Shown piece by piece: positions 15,601 to 25,000 of a stretch of 64,000 nt of DNA. The stretch covers positions 16,988,001-17,052,000 of the forward strand of contig OZ004615.1 of assembly GCA_963924565.1 (NCBI GenBank). The letters are read 5' to 3'. Numbering within the stretch: the stretch's first letter is position 1; every line of letters begins with the position of its first letter. This DNA comes from Ascidiella aspersa. Lineage: Eukaryota. Below the pieces are notes generated by a model, which was not told where the DNA came from, made no database searches, and worked only from the letters and a program-made list of their open reading frames with translations. Position numbers and translations under genes: made by a program.

Positions 15601-18600
15601 TTTTGGTGGTTTTATTAAAACAATTCCCATGTGATGCAGCTCTGCAAAACTATCCAGCGGTTAACTTAAAAAACATTGTAAAGACAATAAAAATCTAAAC
15701 TATAGCGGTAATAAAATATATTATCTCTAAATATAAGAAAAAAAAAATATTTTCACATGCTAAATATAGAATTTTAATAGGAAAACCCAGTAAGACGAAC
15801 TAGTCCTAATAGGTTTCCTACGTGTCTAGTGAAGCTTTGTTCACATTTCAATTTCAGGTTACACCGGTTTCACGTGTAACCTGCTCAACAATTGCACTCG
15901 TCCAGGCAACACCACGATGTGCGAAAATGACGGCGAATGTTTGGTGAATTTGGACAAGCGAGGGACGCCAATGTACACCTGCAATTGTACGCGTCTATAC
16001 GCAGGTGCGACACTATGCGGTTCGGCAAAAGCCTATTGGTATCCGTTGAGTGGCGCACGAGTTCAACGCAATGGTTTTATAATTGAATGTAAACCAAATG
16101 AACTTAGCTTGTATGACTGTTTACTTATAAACTGGACCGTTTATTATGATGTGTATGCATTATATACTATACAATTAGTTCAGCCCTTTTAAAGTTATAC
16201 ATACAAACGATAATGACTGCCTTACAATAGGACTAATTCATTTCAGTATTCCTTATTCAAGATACCTGGTGTATTATTTACATTGTGTATTCGATAAATC
16301 GTACATTTTGTTTAAATGTTAAAAACTGCAAATTTCAATTTATCTTGTGTATCACAGTGTGAACGCATAAACAAGACAAATATTTGCTCGCAAAACTATG
16401 CAAGTAATATTCCTTTCCTTAGAATTGCCGGAGGCCAAAATAGTTTCACGTACGCAAGCGTCGAAGTTAGACAGAAATGCAAGTCAGGATGACGCGCGGG
16501 AATTCCCCGCCATGCATTATGTAACACGTCTCTTATCTCGCCTCAGTTATATGCCTCCCGGTATGCTGACTGTCAAATTTCTACCTTCCTCGTTTATGTC
16601 AAGTCATACTACTGCCGACATGATAAGATTTAATCCTTAAGAAAAAAGGTGCCGTGTTACATAATGCGGTGACTCTTTCGCCGTTTCGCGTGTGCGAACT
16701 TCTACGATTTCTTGATTAAGTTTTTGTTGTCAAATGCGCGCTCTATCCGGCACGTTTTTGCATTTCAGGAAACTCCTGCCAGTTTGCCAATCCTTGCTTG
16801 AACGCCACTTGCCACAATGGCGGCACTTGTGTCGTCACCGACAGCATTGTGACGTCACAGCTGGATGCTGTGTCATCGTTGTGCCAATGCACGGAAGGAT
16901 TTTCTGGACCCGATTGTTCAGAGGTAGATTGTCGTATTGTCGTATGCACCATGTTCAGACAATCTATATTTAATAAAAATATAGATTAAATTTTACTCGC
17001 TTTTAGTTAAAATACAGTAGTAGTGTCTGGATTTTATTTTATTTAACTTTCTTGAGCATAATTAAACACACAAATCACCAAAATGCTCATCGCAGATTAC
17101 TTCATCATTTACGTATGGAAACCCTTGGCTTATCATTGGTCCCTTGATTGGCGCAGTCGCCTTATTGCTCACGATAGGAATTGTTACGTCATTGGTTTGT
17201 TACGTAAGAGGGGCGAGAGCGAACCGGGGGGTATACAGTCCCCAGCAGACTGAAAGTATTGTCGTGCCCTCCCTCAAAACCCCGTTGCCTCCGAAACAAC
17301 CCCCGGAAAGACTCATCTGAGTGGTTAGTCGTGCATGACGTGGTGATGTGACGTCATGTTCTGTTGTGACGTAACGCAGTAAGTTCCGACGTCACCACAC
17401 GAACACTGTATAATAGCTCGGTGAATTGTTACGTTATTGCACGACGAGGTGACGTGACGTATAGCGTGGTGAATTCTGACGTCACTTGGTGTTGTTGTAA
17501 GCATGACGTGGTGACGTAGTTCGTTGTTGTGGTTTCGATTTTGAGTGAAGAAACTTTTGGCATAATTTATGTATAAAGTTTTGAAGGTGGTCCAGCAGCA
17601 CGACTGATGTAAAAAACCTTTTATGATCTCGGATCACATATTAGGCATGCCACAATCGTTAGATGTTTTATTTTAATTGTTCGACACCGTGTAAAAAAAC
17701 ATAGTGCTGGAATGAGTAGTACACAGCGTCGAATCATAATCGGTACGAAAGTTTTACACGAAAGCACAAACTTGTCAGTTGAATACTGAAAAGTCCTATT
17801 AGCCACTTGTTGTCATGAGTACATAATAAAACTATGATAATTAGTCGATTAGTGTTTCCATTAAGTCGGCCTACATTACCGAGAGGTAAAGACAAATATA
17901 TTTCACTGAAGTGGGCGGTTCAACCTGTATTGTCCAATATTACAGTCAATGACAAGAAGCACGTAAAGGGTAAACATTCTCAATTTCACTTTGTAGGCAT
18001 AACTAAAATTGGTCACCCTTCTTAAACCTGGATATGTGTATTTTTACATTTTCTCTAACTGCCTTAACCCAGTGGTGGTATTTGGAACATTAAGAACAGG
18101 TTCTCCCCTACTAACCGTTTGAGATTGCTTTACAATGCTTTACACCAACAAAAATGTCTACAAAATTTTTGAATCGTTTGGCCATAACCGACTTCTATTA
18201 ATGCATGTAAACTCCCGCAAAGATTCTCCGGAGCGCTGTATTTTTATTAAATGGAGAAAAACTCCTGATACCCGATATCTGAAAATTTTAAACAGGAGTT
18301 TCTGGTAATATATGGAGCAGAGCCTATACTGGTGCCAAGTGTGGTATCGGTACTAGCAATACACCTTGCTTGATCTAATATCAAACGCAATTTCTTTCCT
18401 AAATAAAGCTTTCTTAAGGAATAATGAAAAAAATTAATTTAACAAACCTTCGTTACACTAAAGCAAATATTCGCCAAATTACGTAAAAAGATAACATTCA
18501 AAGGTTTTGTTGTTTTAATTTTGCCTATTTGATCATGATAATGACATAATTGGGTGGTTTTCAACATCACGGTATTAATGCGGCCGTATTTTCCGAAAAA

Positions 18601-19121
18601 CTGCGCACTCCTAAGTTTCATTAAGACAACCTCAACGGCCAACCAAAAATCTTTCCTTGGTCAAACAGAGCACTACAACTGACGCTTAAATTTGTAAATG
18701 TCCGATACTTCGCAATATATTCCGATACCCGATGCTTAAGACAAGAAGTACCTTCTTAATTCGAAAACCGTTTGAAGATCGCACCAAAATCTCAAAAAAA
18801 TCGCGTACTAAAACCTCCTTTTGACAATTCCAAAATCTTTTCCTGAACGTTTACCACTTTCTCGTCCTACAGACTTCCGGGCTGCTCTCCTCCACTTCCA
18901 TGGTGATCCTGATCGCTGCGGTCGGCGGCGCCGGCATCCTTCTCCTCGTGGTCCTGGGGGTGTTCGCGGGCGTCTCGGCCGCCATGGACCGCCGCTCGAC
19001 CTCCGGCACCTACTCGCCCAGCAAGCAGGAGGCCACTTCGGTTCCACCGGGCCTTTCCGGCCTCGAGTCGGAAATGTGGACCGAGCTGAAGCCGCCGCCC
19101 AAGTGCGAGCGGCTCATTTGA
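635..19121 (+). CDS. crb: Crumbs family apical polarity protein, 5'-truncated by the window (EGF repeats - LamG1 - EGF - LamG2 - EGF - LamG3 - 8 EGF - TM - short tail)
   Basis: 25 shared GT-AG exons with continuous phase: 635-835, 1359-1494, 1997-2108, 2567-2742, 3470-3614, 4065-4283, 4881-5092, 5573-5801, 6296-6485, 6885-6984, 7252-7410, 7747-7892, 8082-8164, 8675-8788, 9166-9364, 9729-9890, 10588-10779, 11149-11282, 11755-11979, 12126-12255, 12830-13049, 14550-14663, 15175-15322, 15858-16004, 16769-16923 (4048 nt). These join to either 17096-17320 or 18873-19121. Protein evidence: Ca-binding EGFs (IDEC..PC.N), the Crumbs-specific long-loop EGF CIERSDQSSYGVHFNATFSYETAHGFVCIC, LamG motifs (FRTTL, NDDTWH, GCIRDV, FKGAIQDL, NDGAWH, FKGCLVDLRIGG), and tails with GxYSP..E and ERLI. 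Confidence 0.97.
3981..4053 (+). repeat. about 40-bp tandem duplication just upstream of a Crumbs acceptor
   Basis: gttggttttgttattgtgc.tattttttt occurs twice. Confidence 0.7.
8217..8534. mobile_element. degenerate hAT-type MITE
   Basis: Ends CAGTGATTCT / AAAATCACTG; TSD not convincing. Confidence 0.45.
11396..11680. mobile_element. degenerate copy of MITE family 1
   Basis: Shares long blocks with 46927-47221 (gactggaattttcgttgagtattt, tgtcactataaa, accaattgagcaaaaa, ggcacccttga, cacaccag). Confidence 0.8.
12385..12584. mobile_element. hAT-type MITE
   Basis: TIR CAGGGCTGCGGAGT...ACTCCGCAGCCCTG, subterminal CGACTC repeats, perfect 8-bp TSD GTAGAAAC on both sides. Confidence 0.9.
13675..14417. 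mobile_element. hAT-type non-autonomous element
   Basis: Ends CAGTGGTCTCCAACCT / AGGTTTAAGACCACTG with GGGTCGC subterminal repeats; TSD degenerate. Confidence 0.7.
16514..16667. repeat. inverted repeat / fold-back (probably a MITE core)
   Basis: Perfect 15-bp arms GCATTATGTAACACG (16514-16528) and CGTGTTACATAATGC (16653-16667), with further partial pairing inside (tcttatc/gataaga). Confidence 0.7.
17096..17320 (+). CDS. crb: Crumbs alternative terminal exon A (TM + 37-aa tail)
   Basis: Acceptor ctcatcgcag, phase 0, matching the donor after 16923. Encodes ITSSFTYGNPWLIIGPLIGAVALLLTIGIVTSLVCYV-RGARANRGVYSPQQTESIVVPSLKTPLPPKQPPERLI* with no internal stop. Absent from the ORF track because it has no start codon. 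Confidence 0.9.
   Translation: MTSSFTYGNPWLIIGPLIGAVALLLTIGIVTSLVCYVRGARANRGVYSPQQTESIVVPSLKTPLPPKQPPERLI
17336..17518. promoter_or_regulatory. dense (T)GACGT / CRE-like motif cluster immediately after the exon A stop
   Basis: About 9 GACGT cores in about 185 nt, including perfect TGACGTCA at 17349 and 17477. Function is inferred only. Confidence 0.5.
17825..17830 (+). terminator. candidate poly(A) signal for Crumbs isoform A
   Basis: AATAAA about 500 nt after the exon A stop and upstream of the exon B acceptor. The AT-rich background makes this weak evidence. Confidence 0.35.
18873..19121 (+). CDS. crb: Crumbs alternative terminal exon B (TM + about 45-aa tail)
   Basis: Strong acceptor ccactttctcgtcctacag, phase 0. 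Encodes TSGLLSSTSMVILIAAVGGAGILLLVVLGVFAGVSAA-MDRRSTSGTYSPSKQEATSVPPGLSGLESEMWTELKPPPKCERLI*, with canonical GTYSPS..E, EMW..PPP and ERLI. Confidence 0.93.
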   Translation, partial: TSGLLSSTSMVILIAAVGGAGILLLVVLGVFAGVSAAMDRRSTSGTYSPSKQEATSVPPGLSGLESEMWTELKPPPKCERLI

Positions 19122-19281
19122 CGTCATTTTTTTCAGTGACGTCATTTTTTCTGTAGTTGAATTTCGAGTTTGCGGTGTCGGTCGGTTTTCTGCTGCACTT
19201 GGCTCCGGACAAATGATTTTAAGCGATGGCTTCGATCTGTGTAGATTTGTAAATGACAAGGTTAAAATATAACCTATTCGG

Positions 19282-19410
19282 CAACAAATATAAAATCCAA
19301 TTTTAGTCTGAAGGACAACAATTATAAAATCCCATTTTAATCTAAGAGACAACAAATACGAAATTCTATTTTAAACTGAAGGACAACAATTATAAAATCC
19401 TATTTTATTC
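19282..19410 (+). repeat. about 33-34-bp minisatellite (about 4 units) in the exon B 3' UTR
   Basis: Repeated taaaatcc.atttta.tctgaaggacaacaa units. Confidence 0.75.
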
Positions 19411-20105
19411 TAACTGAAGAAAAGCTTGGCTTCCATTTTATTGTTGTTTTTTTATAAACTAGTTCTGAACAAAAGGTCAACTTTTAAAAACATGACTTCT
19501 TGATCTTTGGACCCATTAGTTGTGGCGCTATTGTTATTTGGACACATTGCGCACAACAAAACATACTCTTTGCTACGTTCCCTCGTCGCCGTACTTTTAC
19601 GAAACTGTGCTTTTAAACTTTTATTTCGTTCTTGCTGTTCGAGAGCTGCTTTCTGCCTTTACACAGACTGATTTACCGATTGTGATGACTCACTTCTTCG
19701 TTGATATACGCGACCAGCTTTTATATTTGTACTTTTGTAGCGTGACATATAGTGTTCGTTTTATTCTTCAACTGTGTTTAAAACCTTTATTTCGAATATT
19801 TTTATTTTATTTGCGTCGTGCAATTAAATGCCAAGTGTGGTTTGACACCGCGATGTATATTTGCCAAATAGCGTTTCTTTAAAAACTGACCTTATAAAAA
19901 ATGTTTAATGTAACTTTTTGGTATTTAAAGATCCGAAATCTACCTGGTAACTGTATAATAGTACTGCAATACTGAATAGTGTTCACAACTGTCAATCAGC
20001 TATAAAATTTATACCTGAATAGTATTTCTTGTGGTGCATTTTGCTCTTATAGTGCTTTTTACCTGAAAATTGTTGCTGTGTATTTTTTAAATCTAAGTGA
20101 ACGGT

Positions 20106-20111
20106 AATAAA
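20106..20111 (+). terminator. candidate poly(A) signal for Crumbs isoform B
   Basis: AATAAA about 1 kb after the exon B stop; an ATTAAA also lies near 19823. Confidence 0.3.
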
Positions 20112-22041
20112 AACAAGTTTTACAATATCCAGAATCGACGGTTAATCCGTTAGAGGAGACGAATACAATATCTATCAACATTCCCCTTCCCCTGCGTACA
20201 ACGATTATCTCAAGACTCAAATAAGTTCGTTTCAAAAGACAAATATATAGCCGACTGAAAAATACTGGAAAACCCCGTTACTTACGCGTAAATGCTTTGT
20301 TTACGCAGGCACTATTGCTACATACGCAATGCTCTTCAATCGGCTATACGGTATACCCAAGTGTATACAAATATAGGGTATACAACTAAACAGCCTAACT
20401 AATTATTAGTGCCTGTCACAACTGTGACAGAATCTTTTTTCATAAAAAAAAAACTTATTTTTTAGGTCGAAAAATAATCGCCCGAATAATAACCTATGTA
20501 ATCCGTTTACTGAGCACTACACCGGGAGCCTTCAATAGATTGTACGAATCAGTTGACCAATTAAAGATCTGCATGCAAGAAAGGCCAGGCTAAAAATGTT
20601 AGCGGTGAGGTTGAAACTTGCGATCTCCGCCATACCATACGGATCCAGGAGGGCAAACATGTCACGCTTCTCGTAAATCTTTCATGTATACTTATATGTA
20701 CCACGAATTGAGGAAACCTTTTTATCCAAAGGACTGTGTGTGCAATGTCGCTGTCTAATATTTTTTAGATTTCGCGAGAATCTGGATGTTGTATCGTAAT
20801 TACCGCTTTTATAAATTCAAAGTTTATGAAAAAAGACATTATATGATTTTTGCGCCTGAACAAACTTATGTTTTTTTTTGGGCTGTCGGCTAGGTGAAAC
20901 ACAGCTTGTTTTTCATCGATCTATTTGTAACTAAATAAAACTTTTAAAAATTGTAACTTAATAAACTCAAATTTTCTTTACGGTTGTTTTTTCTGAAATG
21001 CAGACATACAAATATTGAATATATGAAAAAAGAAGCACTGTTTTTTGTTTATGAGGGTAAAATGGAAAATGATAAGCAATTAAACTATTTTAAATGATTT
21101 TAATTACCCAAACCAACTTTTGTTTTTGTCTGGTTTCTGTAAACTGATCTCAAAAAACAGCGGTTCTGTATAACGGTTAATTTTACCCGTCAGGTGTCAC
21201 TGTTGGAGCATTTTTGTAAACAGGGGATTTCCAAAAAATCGTGTTTACGAAATCTTGGCTTGAACTGAACCTTTCTCGTGATCATAAAGGCGTCACATGT
21301 TCGGCCTAACTTTTAGTCGTGTTAGAAATGGCAGACGTGCTGCTGCAGCCGCCAGTAGTTTACTACATCTAACATGTCTTATACTTAGTCCTATGGCTGT
21401 CATTTAAGATGTTCGGCAGTACATTTTATAGGAACATATGAGATGTTATATGTACTAAATAATTGGCTTAATGAGATGTATTATGTCAAGATTTTGTCAA
21501 ATTGTGAGACTAAACATAGAAGTTTGGTGGTGTCTCTGAAACTTGTACCAATACGTGATTATTTAATGATTTGGGTTAGGGTTTGGGCGGTGGCCAGTTT
21601 GGTGCATTCTGTTCCCAAAGCGAAGCAAGAAGCTCGAAATTTTATGGTGCAATATCGCGTAAACAGGATATCAATAATAAATTTTACATATTATTAAAAG
21701 CAACCTAACTTAGCCATCAAATCTGACTTAAAAAAAATTCAAGAAGGGCCATGACTCGACCTCCAGTTAATCGGATATAGGTTATTAATATTCGTTAAAA
21801 AATTCATAAATATCCAAAATTTCAAATTGGTCTAAAAAGCAAAGGGATATGTCGCATTAACTAATGTGTGGAAATCTTGAAGTCTTGTATATTTCTTGAG
21901 TTATGGGACTTTTATGCTGATGTTTTTTTGCTTATCTATGTAGACATATTAATTAAAATTGTTTTCAATGCATTACAGCGTATTTGCACACCTATGATGT
22001 ACTTAAATTGCTTAATGCCAGTTCTGTAAACAATATCAATA

Positions 22042-25000
22042 ATGGGGGTGAAATATTCCATTCCAGATGTTGAAGGCCATTCATTTGAAATGGTCTACAG
22101 TAAGTTTTTCCTCATTATTTCTAGTACCATGTTCTGCTTAATCATGGTAAATTAATAGTTTTAATGGTTAACTGTGTTTGAGATAATGTAATTGAAAAAT
22201 TGTTTGATTCAGTTAGGATTTCTTTAAAATGTTACATCAATCTTTTCATTGTAAAATCCTGGTGAGAAAATAGCGAGCTCAAAAGTTGTTCACCTATTTT
22301 TTGTACTTACCAGCATTTGCACTTTATATTTATTTTTTTAATTATAAAATAGGAATATTATGGTTTAGACATGTTTGTAATTATCACAATAATAGAAGTA
22401 TTATACACAGTCAAGACTTAGTAATAGTTTGTACTATTCAAGTTGGGTCCATAATACACTAATTAAGCTTTCAAACTAAACATTTTTTTACCCTTTCTGT
22501 GAGTTGTGGTTTACATACTGTGGAACATTACTGTAAAAACGGCAAGCCTCTAATAAATATTTATCACCCCAGACAATGTCTTGACAAACGTACTGCGCTT
22601 CTCTAAGTACTACAAGGCATCCTACATGTGGTTCTACCTCCAGAAGCTAAAGCTGGAAATGGAAGGCAAAGAACCTACCCAAAAGTGGCAACTTGCTCAG
22701 AGAAAGGTAGTTAACTTTAGTTTAACAGGTTATCACTTGAACAGAATATTCCAGAGGGCAGTTAATAGCATTGACATAAAAAAATATCGTAATTAGAAAA
22801 TTATAAATGTAATTGACCATCGCTGTTAGACAAAAAAAAACAGTTTATTTAATTCTTTCACTTAATTTAATATTGTTTTGTTTATCCGAGAAGATTTTGA
22901 TTCAATGTAACAGATTAATGTATCGTTGCTTGATTATGAATTGTATTGCTTTTTTGCAAAATGTTACAGTGGGAAAGCTATAACCGTCCACTCAAAGAAG
23001 GTGTGCTTTATGTACTGGCTGATGCCACTGGGAAAAAGTGGAAGAAGAGATACTGTGTAATGCAATCTAACTATGCTATGGAGGTCTACAACTCTAAAGA
23101 AGTAGGCACCATAGTAATATTATTTTGGACATACTGCTGGATAGGAAATGGTTTTTCATTGTCATTTTAAAATACCTCTATAATTAACTGAATCTTGCTT
23201 TTGCTGATTCAATATAACATATTGAGTCGAAATAGATTTTAGCACATCTTAACATTCTTTTAATGTTATAATTTAATTTTGTAAACATCAAATTTTATAG
23301 TGTAGGTTAGCAGTTTAAGATTTGAAATACCAATTTTGTTAGATGTATCTTTTTTATCATGTTTGTGATTGAATTTATAATACAAACCAATAAAACATAA
23401 AATCAGTAATTTATTATGTAAATCTTTATTTCTTAATTAATGGTTGTACCATCTCACCACTATGATTATCAGTAAGTGAAGTGGCCATAGTGACCAACAG
23501 TTTTACTAATGTTCGCTGACAACTATGTTTGTTTAACACGGGCCTTTTTGTTGTGAGAAAAAATAAACGATTCACTTTTCCAGACGTTACATGTCTCTAG
23601 ATTTTAAAAGATTCACAGCTACTGTAGATTTTTTTAAGGAAATCTAATAAGTTTTAATTTACACCCATGAACATTAATAATTTGGCCCTACCTAAATTAC
23701 TTTATATTCACATTCAGTGTAGTCGTACTAGTTTCTCAACAATTCAAGTATTGTTGAAAACATGTTTTGGGAATCTAAAAATGTTGATGCTCAACTTTAA
23801 TTTCATTAAGGAATATGAAAATGCTGGAAAAGCAAGAATGTCAAACAAATACAGTGGCCATGATGTTGTAACAAATGTGAATTCCTATCTCAGAAACAAA
23901 CTGGAAATTGCATCACGTGACTTTGGTAAACCTTTGTATAGCATAAGGTTTTATTGTTTTTCATTTTGGTCTGTTGCCGTTTTCATAATAAAATGATTGT
24001 CATGTTAAAAAATTATTGTTTCATAAATTTTCCCAAAATTTCAGGTTACATCAACCATGACATTTCTGCATTTATAAAGAAGGTAACTTTGATTGGCCAA
24101 AGTGGAAAACGACCAACACAGCACATTTTCTGTGTTGGACATGACTGGCGAGGCATCACTTATTTTGCTGCTGAAACTGCTATTGAGAAGGATCATTGGG
24201 TTCGGATCCTTAAGGACAGTGTTCGTCATTTAGAAGGTATGTGAAAACAGCTAATTGTGGGACTTTTTGTTTTTTTCAAATAATAGGTCTCCTCTCGCTT
24301 CTTAGCTTGCTTGTCAAAGAAAGCACAGATTAATAAAAACATGGTTTTAAGTAAAGCTAACAAAATTAAATTATAAATAAAATAACAAAATATTGTGTAC
24401 AAAAACATGAAAGTTTCTGTTTTATTAGAAGTAATTTGCATAAAACTTTATTAACTTGTGTTTTTATGCTTCCAACCATTTAATATTTAAGTATACCAAA
24501 TGCTATGCTAATAATGTTGGTTTTTGACTGTTTAAACTCTTAACCAAATTATAAAAAACATTATAAATATCAGTTACAACAAACATTATAAGCAATGCAG
24601 GTTTATCTGGATTTTAAATTTATTGACAAAGTTGAGGCACATGAGACTTCGGTTCGGCTGTTTATGCTTGAAACTAATATAAAATATATCCCAGCCACAG
24701 AGTATTTATTTCATCAATTAATTTTAACATCTCTTGTAACTCAAAAAAGTTTTGCCAAGTATGTGTCAATATTTACTGTGTTGGATATTCACCACCGTCA
24801 TAACCGTAATGCAAACAAGTATGGAATTGTTTGTTGTTGGTAATTTATCTTACTAGGAAATGAATTGAATCACTTACAAATAGTTGGTGTATTACAGTTT
24901 AATACTGTGACAAGATGTAATATATAAAATATTTATTTTAACTTGCAATCATTTAACAAGAGGTCAAATCAGATGTATAGGATAAATTTAATAGCAAAAA

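Noticed and set aside
17400-18860. Signal-peptide exon of a separate CRB3-like gene feeding exon B
   Set aside because: I found no ATG + hydrophobic stretch + phase-0 donor between exons A and B, so alternative splicing is the simpler reading. A separate transcript is not strictly excluded.
18808-19355. Long overlapping ORFs around exon B, and antisense ORFs over 39857-40557
   Set aside because: By-products of GC-rich or low-complexity coding exons; no independent protein features.
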